DNA of 62,345 nucleotides, counting the filler, from Sphacelaria rigidula (taxonomy: Eukaryota), in NCBI GenBank assembly GCA_964200075.2. It is 4 parts of 4 records of this genome, joined end to end, with 100 filler letters (N's around TTAATTAATTAA, not from the genome) between each part and the next. Parts side by side here need not be neighbours in the genome. Positions count along the whole stretch, not along the records: positions 31,227 to 46,737 come from CAXNAA020001718.1; positions 46,838 to 62,345 come from CAXNAA020001719.1; 2 more parts are not named here. One strand, 5' to 3'. Position numbers and translations under genes: made by a program. Of the stretch, positions 36,301 to 49,709 are shown piece after piece. The notes under the pieces were generated by a model, which was not told where the DNA came from, did not search any database, and was given only the letters and a program-made list of their open reading frames with translations. Position 1 is the first letter of the stretch. Each line of letters opens with the position of its first letter.

Positions 36301-39300
36301 GAGGGCTAGGCCGCTGTTGACACCTTGGAATTACTTCCTCTACTCATTGAGGCCGTCCTAGAACATCTTCACCTTTCCTGCTGGTGGCACTTGAAATTTT
36401 GGCCGGACACGGATTTTCAACAAAGAACTATCAAGCGATCAAAAAACAGGGGGGAATTTTGATCACCTGGCCGTTTTTCACTGAAGATCCGTGCTTGGAC
36501 CTCATCTGGCCGAAAACAAGAGAGCCGTCAGCGGGAAACGCAAAGTATCTGGAAGCGTCTCAACGATTAGAGCAAGTCATTCCAAGGCGTCAACATCGGC
36601 CTAGCCCTCTTTTCGGGCCTAAATCGACGGAGGGAGGCCTAAAAGCCAGTTTTCGACAGGAATTTTGAACGGCTCCCATTATAGTTGGCCTAAGCGATCC
36701 AAGTTTCCTCTCTACACCCTGCAATACATTCCACTCTGTACGCTGTACATTTTTGACACTTCTTTCCGTCGTCCAGGTTGTAGAACTCGTTTTTTCTCTG
36801 GAGGCACGGCGCACATATGGCAATCGCTCAAATCACAACGTTACTGCACATGTCCATGAGCAGTGCATGCACCAGATGACCGAATTGGGTCTCTCCACCG
36901 CGAAGTCCACGAGCAAACAGAGAATGTTTGATTTTCCGCGGGGACCAATTCAGCGTCGAACGTAGGGTTTTGGAGCGTGACGAGGTTGAGGGTTGCAGAT
37001 TGTGAACTGATTCACATGGCACGCAATGCACACCCTTTGACGAGCATCTGGTTGACCCTTTCGAAGCTATTTCGCGGGGAAGTTCGAAAAGAGCGATGAA
37101 GTGGTTGGTGACTTCGGTGAGTGACACGCGCTCAGTTGAAATCAAACACCTGATGCCCGACTCCCAAATAGAGGTATGACACGCGCCCACGGTACCCCGC
37201 CGGCGCACTACTCCGGCGGCCTAGCACGGTGCTTGTGGAGCGCAGCATCGCACCGCACAGTAAATCATGCATGCAAAGAGATTCGCCTACCCATGTTTGC
37301 ACCAGTTTGTGCGCAGTAGCTTCTGGCAGCTTCTGTCCCCGATCACGCTGCTGCCAGCCATGGCCGGAGCGAGTAGATAAGAGTGGCAGCCTCCCCCACT
37401 GTCGCATGTTCCGGTCGTGGCGCACCCTTGGTTTGCCTGATCTCCCATTTAGTATGGTTCTTGTCCAGGTCGCCTCTATGTGGAATTAATGGATGTGAAA
37501 TTCTTGGGAACGATCCCCGTACCCGGACGTGAAAGGATCACAGATCGCAGAAAACACTCCAGAACTTGAAGCTCGGAAGTGGTTTGTCTAACCATTAACA
37601 AGTTGAATGGTTACGCGTAGCGCACCCATTAACCAGGTGATTGGTACATGATGGTTCGGTCATCGAGTGGCGCAGCTGTGAAATGAAAAGCCCCCCTCGG
37701 CAGAGGGGCCCCCGCTGGAGGCGCCATGCGGGAGGCGCGTTTTTCCGTGATTTGACTTCACTAGAGCTAAGAAAAATGTTGAATTTGGGCCAATTTGGAA
37801 GGACTCCATGTATCATACGTAGCCGGTAACGGTAAACAGTGGTTTGACACCATTATCCAAAATTGCCATATAGCCATCACCATTATTACCATTATAATGA
37901 TGGCCAGTTTTACATGGTACCATTTTCGAGCTCTACAAAGAACTAGAATTATTTTGGCCCCAAAAGCACGAACGTCGGATGAACAGTCCGTACATGTGTC
38001 TGCTTCCATGTCGCTCCAGGTTCACTTGACCGTTTCATAGTAATAGCATGTTATCCACCCGGCATGATTTTCCTGTTATTATTATTATTTCCGCACATTA
38101 GTCCGATCCTGTATCAACAGGTAATTGTCCGCTTTTGGTCTCTGGGCACGTGATCACTCCGCCCTTGGCTCATTCGATTGTTTCATTAGCAGCATCGCGA
38201 AATTAAAGGAAAAATACTGTCACGCCTCGTCCTACATTCTTGTCCGACGAAAACATGGCGTGGGGACCCGAAGGGTTGAAAATGATACTGTCAACACTTT
38301 TTGCAGCCAGATCAAGATGTGACGTCCGTACTTGAGAGCAGACTCACGGACCACAGAGACGTGTGAAGAATTTCAACAACTAGCAGCATATGGCAGCACG
38401 TAATGTTTCATGCTTTCCAGTCATCGTGTTGGCATTCCGTACCTGACAGGGGACACTGGTCTTGAGATGTACAGCACCGGCAACTCTTCCGTGAACCAGC
38501 GAAGTTTCATGGAAATATTCGTCGGGTTTCCGCGTGGAACTCGTCCATACGCGTATGTCATACACGAAACCTCACCGTTGAGGGTGTCTTGGCACTTTTT
38601 CTACGATCGAGAAAGAGCGGTCGATTTTCTTCTCCTCGATTTGATGGGTCCTCTACATTTCCGTCCCTAAAAAGCTTCAACTCGAACTCATGAGGGGCCC
38701 ACGGAGAAGAACTACGAGAAGATGAAGCTGAGCTTTTTCAGTCAGATACATGCGGGTGTGAGGCACGAAGCGGCACTTGACTCCGATCTTGGAGACCACG
38801 AGGCCAGATAACACCCGTTCACAAAACCATGCGAACTCCATCCAACTTACCCTCAGTAAACTGCAACTACGTAGCATTGAGCATGAGTTGAGCACGGGGA
38901 TAAACACACTGCGAAAGTGGGGTATGCTTTGTTCCCTCCTTGGCGGCGAAAACTTGTGCATCGTTCTTGATTGTCGGATCAGCGACGGAACTGCGTGGTG
39001 TGGTGGGCAATCGAGTCACGTATACGCTCATGGACAGAGCGGGTAGTACAAGGCTGCACGTCGTGAAGTCTCTTTCACGCCCCATCGTGAGCAGAGAGAA
39101 CTGGTAGTCCTGGACTGTCTGCAACTCACATCGCCCCCTTTTTTTGTATATTCTTCTGTGCATTACACGCACACGCGCATTCAAGTACAGGCTGTACCGT
39201 ACACGGGTGGCCATGTAAGGTTTCACGATTTCTTTCTTTTTTTTCGATCAGGACCGTAAAAATCCGCTTGGACCCAACCCGAGAAAAATGAGCGATTTTC

Positions 39301-42300
39301 CGCTAGAATCGATTCCACTGCCCCACTTCGATCCATGAAAAAAGTGCCAAGATACGCCCTGATTCCAAGACCTCCCGCTTGTCCTTCGCTCCCTTGGCGT
39401 CGATTTCTGTACTCCGTGGTTCGTGCTCGTGTTTCATCACTTGGTGACTGAAATGTGCATCAGCCTCACTGGGTTTGATGTTGTGCCGGCCATCATCGAA
39501 AAGATGAACGAGGCGGGCATCAAGTGCTTCCACCCCGATGACTGCCCATCGGACCTCAACGCCGACATCGTGCTTTTGTCCGTGCCCACGCCCCTCATCA
39601 AGGAGACCCAGCGCCTCGACATGAAGGTAAAGTCGCGGTCGTCCCTTATCCCCCCCTACCCATGCCCATTCTCTCCTGTGAATCCCAACATAACATGGCG
39701 AACAAATGAAGAATGAAAATAACCCGTGTCTTCTGAATGAATGATTCGTGTGAATTTTATTTTATTTGAGTGTGACAGGTTAGTACCGTAAAAATGAATC
39801 CTGAGGCTTTGTTTTCAGCGTTGCAACCTAGGTACGTGCAGCCCAGGCACGTGGAATGACGCAAAAGTTGCGTGGAGACCTTTTGGACCACCGGTAACCT
39901 TACTCTTTGTAGATCAATCAGGCATTGAAAGTCGTGGATTCGGTGATTTGAACGTAGGATGATTCCTCCGAACGGTAGAGGATTGTTGCACCACAATTTG
40001 TATCTACAAAATGGATGAGCGTTTTGCGACGAAGACGTGATGATCCTAGTCGTCCGAGACATGGGCCCAATTCAACAGTTGACGAAAAATGAAAACACCC
40101 CGTGAGATAGAGGAGAGCTCTCGCGGTCTGTTGTGTTTATGGTTTTTTGGCCCTTCTGAAGGGTTGAGTGTTGATGGGCAACCGATTGGAATGTCCATAA
40201 AAAATTGTGGGAAATGTTATTCTTATTCGTACGGAACAGCCCTTAATGTACGTGTTGCGTGTCACGTGTTTTGCTCTTGGTCTGTCCTACCTTGCATTTC
40301 CCTCTCCTGTCTCGGGTCTTCTCCGGATTAAAAAAACTCGTCCCCACAGTACGTATGGTCCACTATCCCGACCGTGGTGAAGCTGATCGAGCAGTCGTCG
40401 GGTAAGGCGCCCATCCTCGTTATCCGCTCTACCGTACCACCGGGCACTACTCTGAAGTGGGAGGCCGAAGTCAGGGCCAAGACCGACAAGCCTTTCCACG
40501 TGAGTGATGGTGCTCTCCTGCGACATGCCGTACCTTCCTCGAGTCATGCTTCTAGTCGTAAACAGCTACGTCGGATGCCCGTCAGTCGAGGCCGTACAAG
40601 TATGAACCATCCCACGATACGGGGTGTGTATTTTGTGTAGTCTAGACAATGTTCGCGTGGAGAATGACGGCTGGACTCGGGTGCGTTACCTGTGAACATT
40701 GCAGAGTATACAACACTACACTACGATGCCACTGGAGGAATGTATTTGAAATGTCTTGGCCATGTTCATATGTTTTTGCTTTCATGCCGGTCGAATTTGA
40801 ATCAAACGCGTTGAAGTTTTTTTGAATCATGCAGTCTCTGCTGTGCGTGTCTTGGAGTTGATGCCATTGCGATTGAAATGACGCCGATTGAGAACGTTGA
40901 TGTACCTGTAAACGCGAAATGCCATTAAGTCAACTCGGTTATGACCTGTGCTTGAAATCCACAAATCCAAATCCACCTTCACAGATCGCCTTTCAGCCGG
41001 AATTCCTCCGCGCTGTGTCTTGCGAGGAGGACGCGCGAGCACCGTGGCAGATCGTGTTCGGCTGCAAGGAGGGCGAAGATGATGTGCGGGCCCGCATGTC
41101 CAACTGTTTCCTCGACTTGTGAGTAAGCGTTTTTGCATCCGTTCCCTTGAAACGTTTTCTTGTAGTACAGCCCCAGATGATCCCGTCTGTGGGTTCTTAT
41201 TTGAACCTTGGAAGGGTATGGTGAATGGATGAAAAATGGCCGCAGACGAGATGTCGGGGTGTGTCATGTTTCACGGTCCTTTTGCATGTTCAGGCATCAT
41301 GGGCTTGATTGTTTCACATGATCAAGGTATTGGGTTCTGTCACCGCTTGGCCATGGCTACATGGTTCCAGGTCCATCACGCGTTCAAGTGACGAATTCCG
41401 TGAGGTGATGTTTCTGTTGTCGTTTTCCCTAACCTGCTTTGGAAGTCATGTCCACACGCAAGTTGTTGACCTCTTGTCCGTCCCTGACCCATGCCTTACC
41501 GGGTGTTTGCCATCTGTCTTTTTTGGTGACGGTTTCGCTCGCATTCGTTATCATGACAGCGTGGGACGTGACGAATCGAAGCTGACTGTATTGAACATTG
41601 CGGAGGCGGAGTTCATGAAGCTGGTGCACAAGTGAGTAACGGGAGCATTGAATCTTACCCTCTGCGGACATGGTTGTTTTCAGTACGCATATTTATTCTA
41701 GCCTGGCGACTCGAGCTAGAGAGTGGGTGACTCTTCGTCTCGAGGAACGACCGTCATCGTGAGCTCGGAGAGAGGAACCCCAAACGCGCGACCGAAGCTC
41801 CAATTGCTTGATTGTGCAAGAAGAGTTGGAGATCCACCACATGGTCGTTGACACGGGAAAGTCGGGCCCTTCAACCGCTGAAAGTCATTTCACTGGAAAA
41901 AAACGTACCCCCGTGACTGTTCTTCATTTTGGGACAACGCAAGAAGAGGGGGGCATATCACTGCTCCTGGCCCCGACACTGATCTCAGCTAACGCATTGT
42001 TGTTATTTTTTCTGCGAAATTTAAAACCGTTTACTTTTTCAGCCCTCTGCGAGTTCAAGAAGTCGAGTTCGTCGCGAGAATGTATTTTGTAAAGATGATA
42101 TGCGCTATAGCCTTGTCCATGGCGATATGGTGTGTTCTGTTGAGCACGTGGAAAAAAATCTCGTCGCACTCTCGATCTTTCCCCGTCCTCGAGGCACGTG
42201 CGTGGTCTCGAACGATCAATCCATCTGTAAACCATCACTCTTGGCACTGCATCGACCCCTTCATCAAAAATATTGTCCTCATATCTCTCAGCAATACCTT

Positions 42301-43363
42301 TGTCCACGAGTGGAGATTACACACTTACACCCAAGGATGACTCACGCGCATGCGACGTGAAGCACACCTGCCTTCATTCACCCTTCCCGTATCGCGGCGG
42401 CATAAAATTTTTATGCATATGTGTGCTTTGTTGAACCGCGGCTTTGACTCTCGTGCCATCCTTGTGCCCACAACAGCTATGCTAACGGACTGAAAATCTC
42501 GTTCGCCAACTGCATATACGGCCTGGCACACGAGCTCGACCCCTCTATCGACGCGCAGAAGGTATGACGATGTATGCAGCAGGTGACTAAATATTGAGGT
42601 ATATCCTCCACTTGATTTGAGACCACGTACTATCCCCCAATATTGCCTCACTGTTGATGTTTATTTATATACACGTATACGGATGCTGTAGCGATAAAAC
42701 ACTCCATTCAGGGTTATCTACTGCCCCATAATACACAATCGGTACGTCGATATGTCTCTACTTGAAGAGTTCTTGTTACGAAATCGGGCCTGTGCCGTCG
42801 ACAGGTGTTGTACTTGGTGTCTTCCACGGCTGAGTGCTTCCTCAGCCGTAAGTACGGCCTTCGCGTCGGAGCCCCCTACGGAGGTGTTTGCCTGCCGAAG
42901 GACGTGCCCGAGCTGACCAGCCTAGCGCCGGAGGGGTCTGTATTCAGGGAGTTCCTATCGGGCACAGGCAAAATCAACGAGTGGATCACAAACACCCCCA
43001 ACCTCAAGGTGTGTACCATGCGGGGTGGAAAGACTGAAGTATTCAAGATGTATTTTGCTCTGACAGGGGGGACAAATTATATGATGAAACAATGAAGTTT
43101 GATGAAACACTCATTCCTCGCGGAGAGCCACCCTCGCGAAAAAAAATCGTGTTTGATCAAAGGTCAAGAGGGCAACGCGAGTGGGGGAAAGTTTCCGTAA
43201 CCGTAATCGCAAAACTTACTTCAAGTGTACTGCCTTTGAGACATGACACCGTGCATTTTTTTGCCATGCTTTTCATGTCGCTGCCATGTTTTGGCTCTCA
43301 TACATGCAGGTGGAGTTGAAGGAAAGCCCGAACTGGGTGTCTCCTAGCGACCTTGTCGTCTAA
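33358..43363 (+). CDS. GMD: GDP-mannose 6-dehydrogenase (UDP-glucose/GDP-mannose dehydrogenase family), brown-algal type, complete 9-exon CDS, 315 aa
   Basis: Manual splice: join(33358..33384,33876..33934,39464..39626,40350..40499,40985..41118,41560..41631,42477..42561,42805..43008,43310..43363) = 948 nt. All introns are GT..AG with matching phases; start context cgccATGG; stop TAA at 43361-63. Protein motifs: MAGKETIVQIGCGVVGGAYAKAY (Rossmann GxGxxG), GFD (acidic NAD-binding residue), LSVPTP, IRSTVPPGTT, FQPEFLR, AEFMKLVHNYANGLKISFAN, GAPYGGVCLPKD (catalytic Cys motif), ending VELKESPNWVSPSDLVV*. GMD rather than UGD is inferred from the short length and missing C-terminal domain, as known for brown algal GMDs. 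Confidence 0.9.
36227..36682. mobile_element. Second member of the same foldback/MITE family, in GMD intron 2
   Basis: Ends taatgagagccgttcagaattcctg / caggaattttgaacggctcccatta are inverted. It shares gaaaagagggctagg-cgctgttgacaccttggaat with 32168-32203. Confidence 0.8.
39780..39970 (+). repeat. Dispersed repeat shared with 49233-49425
   Basis: gctttgttttcagcgttgcaacc-aggtacg-gcagcccaggcacg-ggaa...cgtggagacc...caatcaggc...gtggatt-ggt occurs at both sites, on different contigs. Confidence 0.8.
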
Positions 43364-46300
43364 TCAGCGACTTTGCAAACGGTGTAATTCCTGCACCGTA
43401 TGTACAGTATGTTCTGATTACCTACAGGAACAGGAAGAGCAGCGGTAGCTGAACAGGCCAGTGGAGGGTTGAGTCCTAGATTGCCCATGTACGATGTACC
43501 AGGTGCTCAATTTCGGTGCGCACGGTTTCCTCACTGTGTCGGTGTTATTGAAATGTCGCCAACAGCCACGATTTTACACTTGTATGTTCCAGGTGCCTAC
43601 TTTCGTAGTGCACCGTTATGTGATTCTATGTGCTAGTTGGGTTTGCGTGTCGGTTGATGAGACGAACTCCATACCGAGTGGGCCACGAGCAACATGTCCG
43701 TTGACATGGTTTCTCCTCTTGCCAGGAATTGCCAGGAATATCCGTGACTTGTAACGCGCTGGTTGCCTTCATTTCGAGGGCGGGGCGCTTAGAAATACGA
43801 GGATGGTATTTGAATTTTCCGCTAATGAGGCCTAGGGATAGTTGGACCTCCCCGAATTTTGGTGCGTTGTCGTGAGAATCAATAGGGGCAACGCAGTCTG
43901 TATTCCGCAGGCTGCTTGCGGGTACCGAGTCACTTAATTCTGGAGTGCTCGATAGCGTTTTAGTCGGGTGTCGGGTGCTGTATGCCCTGGTCGATGATCC
44001 GTTGTTTTGGTGCATCGCACCGAGAGAGAAATATTACCTTTGCGGTTCTTGTTGGAGAGAATGCCGTATTACATCGAAGCCCCAGCCTGAGATGGAACCT
44101 TTGGTATGTTAAATCTACGTTTGGCGTAACGGCTTTGCAGTGAAGAAGAGGATGTCTTGCGTCTTCTGTGGGGTGTAGCGAGCAAGTTTTTGTTGTAAAG
44201 TGTAACTGTTCCCATGCATCATGATGCGGTTTTTTGTAACAGAAGAAGGCACGAGGCGTTCGTCTAGTGTGTAGAATCCGCCGAGGTTGAGCTCTCTATG
44301 CACTATCGATTGCGTATGCAATGTTTCATTATATTCATGGGTGTGAAATTTCGCACCACATGCTCAACGGCGAACTCGTATATCAGCACAAAGTAAACCC
44401 GTAGTTCCTGTAATCGACGAGTCATGTCTGAAATGAAAACGACTTCACTGCCGGACCCCCCCCCCCCCCTCCCCCCAGCCATTACACGAGGCGCTTTACG
44501 TCTTCCATAGTTGCGTGCCACCGAAGCCACTGACACCCATGGATAAGTAGGATGTCGACGTGGTAGCTGTAAGCACATTGTTCAGGACGGATTGTATACA
44601 CTATATAATCCTCCCCAAATATGCCAATTTCTCGATTAAGTTGGTGAGTTCGATGTCCATGGAATATTTAGTCACAAGGAAGCGTCCTCGGGGGTCGGCT
44701 GTATACCCCTCTGGGAGATTTGTCGAACTTCCCGTGTACCTTTGAAACCTCGCAGCAATGTCTCCGCTCCAAGCTCTAGGCCAACGCATTCAACGCCATC
44801 AAGCTTATATTCTGCTTGACGGTACACTACGCCACAAGCATGTTCTGTGGACTTGACTGGCTTGCGGCTTGTCTTTTGTCCGAGACACGGTGCGAGTCTT
44901 CGCTGCTTGCCCCCCGTCTCCCCCTCTACCTCCTGGCCCACCTGTGCTTCGCTGTCACCTCTCCGGAGCAATGTCCGTCCTCGACACCGCTCTCATGGCT
45001 TGTTTGGCATGGAACTGCTGTCTCGGGAGGCAGGGGCTCGAAACTCCTTGGCGTTATTATACTGTGCTGTTGACAAAGTTTTCGTGATATCGAGGTAGAC
45101 ACTTGACGGTGAAAAGCGTTCAAATAGTGGGAAAATAATTTCAGTTCCGAGTTACTCCCCAACCAGGCTCGATATGTACTGTGTGGTAGCTTGCTACTGA
45201 GGTCCTTGGTACTTCCGAGTGGGATATTGACGTGTAGCTGGAAGCAGTTTACACATGGATGAACCTTGTGTGTGTATTGTGCTTGTGAAGGAATAGCTAG
45301 GTCTGTGTGATGTTGCCCTCGTGGGAGCTTGGTGGGTTGGTACTATGGTATCCCCTGGCACTCATACTGAGAGACCTCAGTCAATGCATTAGCTGCCACA
45401 TCATCATAACAATTGGCGTCAAAGGTAGGACACGAATCTGCCCGTGAAATCACAGTGGGTTTCCAATCTATCAACGATGAATAACACTCCCCCAAGTTCA
45501 AATTGGATCTGTTACTGCCGCAGCAGTACCGCCCTTGCTGGCATGCGTGTGACAGAGAACAGTACCCTTGACGGGAACATTTCCCTGTTTTTCCTCGACG
45601 TGTTTTCAGCGCACAGAGGCGCGTCCTGTCCAAAAAGAGAGGCAGAGAAAAACCGATCTTCGCATTGGTGAGCTCCACAGACAAGAGACGACATCCCCCC
45701 GCACCTCGATGTTCTTTGGGGGGCTGTGCGCAGCAATGTAATAACACCTACCGGCACATGAGAGATTGGGCACATACTGGTGACATGCATGATGCCTATC
45801 TCTCGAGCGATTGGTAATCGCCGAGCGAGGACACACACAGGACACGGGCGAGGAGCTTCCTCTCTGTCGTTGCTTCCCTCTCTGGCGATATCGTCATCGA
45901 CACGCGTGTACACCGCATTTGTTCGGTGCACCTAGCCACAACTGCTTCACTACTGCGGACGTTTGGGGGGGAACGATGGTTTCGCTCTGTGTAAATGTTT
46001 CGCGTCATCCCTGCAAAAAAAATATGCCACTTAAAACTTGATTTAGATATTAACCCCATTTCCCAGGATCCACTGTTTACTGCTGCCGAGCAACCGCACT
46101 AGCTGCTTTACGTTTGCCGATGTGGAGAAGCCACGATGCCCTCGAAGTGTCGTGGCGAAAAGTTGTTTGCACCATGAAGTGAAGTGACGATAGTTTTCCC
46201 CACGAAGTGAAGTGAAGATACCGCTTGTCGAGTAGATGTGATGTGTCGAATATAGGCCAGTGGAAAGGTGTAAGTGTTGTGGCGACATGTTGTGGCGAGA

Positions 46301-46737
46301 AGTGGAGGCGAATCCAAAACGACTTGACCCACGCAAATGACTTTGCACAATGCCGCACATCAATCGAATCAAACTACGGCTTTTCGTCATTGCTGGGCGT
46401 GAAACATTTTTCGCCCCCAAGGTGACTCCAGCACTGATGCTTTGTAGTCGTCGGTCAGTGATGCATTCGGAGACGCAAAGAGTTATCTGAACAATCGCTC
46501 GAGCAGTCCCGTGCGTGTACTCAGGGTTCATTGGTACGGACTTGCAGACAGCGCAAACACGCTGCCACCGAACACAGTACAGTGCAGATATTGTGCGACT
46601 ACGTATCTGGCTGACATGTGTAGGAAGGGACATCAGATCTAACAGGAGTTAACAGCAAATTGTGCGAATTGAGGTTTAACTCTGAAATGAGGCTCAAGTG
46701 GGCAACCCGACATGCGAACTGTTTGTAGCAGAAGTAC

Positions 46738-46837
46738 NNNNNNNNNNNNNNNNNNNNNNNNNNNNNNNNNNNNNNNNNNNNTTAATTAATTAANNNNNNN
46801 NNNNNNNNNNNNNNNNNNNNNNNNNNNNNNNNNNNNN
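46738..46837. other. Artificial contig spacer N44-TTAATTAATTAA-N44
   Basis: Identical 100-nt spacer. Confidence 0.99.
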
Positions 46838-47722
46838 GGATCTACAATTTGCGGCTCGGACACAGATCGACACCGACCGGATTCCGGATGGGAGGAAGAA
46901 CGCCTGAATCCAACGGCGTAGACTGTACAATCGGGTATCTTCCTCGGATCGCTGCCGTTGAACCCATGTCCCTTCCAGACCAGCGCTCACGACCGACGAA
47001 CCACAACCCAACACGTACAGAAAACTGAGTGAGTATTCACAGCAGCAAAAGGTCAACACGCTAGCTACACCGCCGCGGAACAATGACAATGCCCCTCCCA
47101 CAAATGGTGCTATGCTGCAAGGCGGCGCTGATCATTCACCAAACAGCACATTGTTCACCTTGGCCCACCCCCACAGAAAAGGGGATTCACGGGCTCTGAG
47201 TGATGATACATTATGGAAGGGTCATAGACGTGAAACAGAATGAAGTCGGGTGGGGGGGGAAGGTGATCGCACGCTGTGCCGCATCGTGTACGCAGTCAAA
47301 CGTCGACTATACCGTCGTTCATGTAATTTGTATTTTTCAAACCCGGTTCACGCTGTGCGCATTCTAGATGCAGTTATGCAGGCCCAAGCATAGTGAATGT
47401 ACGATAGGCACAAGTTTGACTCTTACAACACAGACGCCCCTCACATTGGGTCAGATGAACGATGACACATCTGGGTTTCAGAACAGCCGTTTTCATCACA
47501 GCACAAAACGCCTTTTTTTCAAGAGCATGTGGATATATTGGACCGTGCGCCGGTCTCACGTGCAGCTTTGGAGTATTCCGAGTGGTGGTCTCGTGAGTGC
47601 AGCGACAACGATCAGGGGAAGACACCCGATTGTACAGTCTACGCCGTTGGATTCAGGCGTTCTTCCTCCCATCCGGAATCCGGTCGGTGTCGATCTGTGT
47701 CCGAGCCGCAAATTGTAGATCC
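46838..47722. mobile_element. Non-autonomous element with near-perfect ~100-120-bp terminal inverted repeats
   Basis: 46838-46937 (ggatctacaatttgcggctcggacacagatcgacaccgaccggattccggatgggaggaagaacgcctgaatccaacggcgtagactgtacaatcgggt) is the exact reverse complement of ~47623-47722. The left end is cut by the contig start. Confidence 0.85.
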
Positions 47723-48639
47723 GGTAACGGTCTGACGTTTTCGCCGCATGATGCCGTTCGGGCTGGTGGTGTGTCGGCAAGATGTTTACCCATGTTCGTG
47801 GGATCTGTGTGAGCTCCGGCATACAAGCGACCTGTATGCATCGTTGGATCTTCCGGATCTTGGGGCCAACCAGCAGGGGTGATACACTCTTCTGGTCGTT
47901 GGGTTTCGGCCTTTTTTCGTGGGGTGTAATTTTACCGAAAATGGCTATGTTTGTGACTACTCGGCGTATCTTGTGCTGAGACGGCGGTATGGTCACCACG
48001 TGACAAAAAAGGTCAACAGTAGAACAAAAGGGGTAAAATATAACTTTTCAGCAGAGGGCAAGGTGTACCCTCCTGTTTTGCTTACAAAAAAGGGTACTCT
48101 CATAGGCTCTCATCTCCGGCGCCGTAGTGCAGCCCCGTAACACTTGTGACACTGAACAAAATGGACGGGTATGCTGCCCAGACACCTTGGGCGTGGGGCT
48201 GAGGCGCTGAAACGTGTTTTCGAGGTGTTCATCCCGCGTGCAGCGCCGTGCCCCAGAGCGAAAATGCGTTACCCTTTTTGTTCCAAAAGTACCAGGGTGT
48301 ACCTTTTTTTGTATATTCCCTTCAATCAAGTTGATTTTTTCTCCGAAGCTTCTTTTTGGAGAAGCCTACACAAATGGACTGGAACGGAGCACTTTGGAGA
48401 GCTGCCCTGGGTGCACGGCGTGGCACTCGCAAGCGTTCGAGAGCCATCAGGAACCTTGTCGGTCACACCCTGGGCCATGTCGGAGAGGAGAAGGCGCCGT
48501 GGTTTGGAGGGAGTGGCGTCGTCAGGCCGGCGAAGGCAAGCCGACGACGACTCAGCACTGCGTCTGTGATGATAGGTTTAATGCCAGAACTCCACAAAAA
48601 CGCCATCTGCTGGGCCGCTTGGAGATCTTCAAGGGCAGG

Positions 48640-49165
48640 TCGAGTAGAGTATACTCAATACTCGGTATCTTTGAACAGTCATCCTTGTAGTACCCAGAAT
48701 TTGAGTAGAGTATTTGAGGTCGTACCCAATCTACCCAAAAATTGAGTAGAGTATTGAGGTCATACCCAAGTGACACTCTATACGCAAGTATTGCTGAGAG
48801 TCCTTACCCAATATTTGAGGGGAGTATATGAGGTCATACCCAAGTGATACTCTATACCCAGGTATTGCTGAGTGTGCTTACCCAATATTTGGGTAGAGAA
48901 TTTGAGGTCGTACTCAATTTACCCAAAATTTGAGTGGAGTATTTGAGGCCCTACTCAATCCACCCAAACTTTGAGTGGAGTATTTGAGGCCGTACTCAAT
49001 CTACCCAAAATTTGGGTAGAGTATTTGAGGTCATGCCCGATCTACCCGAATTTGTGTAGAATATGTGAAGCCGGACTCAATACACCAACACTTTTGGTAT
49101 AACCGTAGTATTCAAGTTCGTACGCAAGATACCCAGAGTGGGGTAGAGTAAATACCCAGGTATTC
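48640..49165. repeat. Minisatellite of ~41-bp internally palindromic units, with two ~73-bp variant units
   Basis: Consensus ttgagtagagtatttgaggtcgtactcaatctacccaaaa, ~8 head-to-tail copies, no unique spacers. Confidence 0.9.
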
Positions 49166-49709
49166 CTAGAGTTCAAGGGTCGAACAAATTCATGAGTCGT
49201 CTGAAAATTACTTGATTTTAGTATGATTGATTCGTACCGTACGAATCAATCCTTGAGCTTTGTTTTCAGCGTTGCAACCCAGGTACGCGCAGCCCAGGCA
49301 CGCGGAAAGGCGCAAAAAAATCGTGGAGACCTCTTTGACCAGCGGTCAATTTTTTTTCCCTCTTTCAAGCAATCAGGCCTGAGAAAGAGTGGATTTGGTC
49401 ATTAGAACCGGCGATGATTCGCCCGAATCGTGCTAGAGTTGTCCTCCTCTGATACTGCTGATTCCCGATTTAACTTCAGCAAACAGTCGGATACAGTATA
49501 TTCGAGAAAGTATTAGGATCATAACCAAATCGTACAAAACTTAAGGGTAGAATAAATATAATTGGGGTATTGTCGAAGGGCGTTCGGAATGTATCGCGTA
49601 AACCGGCAGGGGGTACTGGAAAGCGTTAAGATTATATCGAAGTACGAGCTGGGCCGCCCAAGAAGCCACCAGGAATGTTGAAACGCATATTCTTCGCTCA
49701 ATTTTGGAT

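Noticed and set aside
43400..46737. Coding sequence downstream of GMD
   Set aside because: Only short interrupted ORFs without identifiable domains; probably 3' UTR and decayed repeats.
48640..49165. CRISPR array
   Set aside because: Head-to-tail degenerate units without unique spacers, no cas genes, eukaryotic context.
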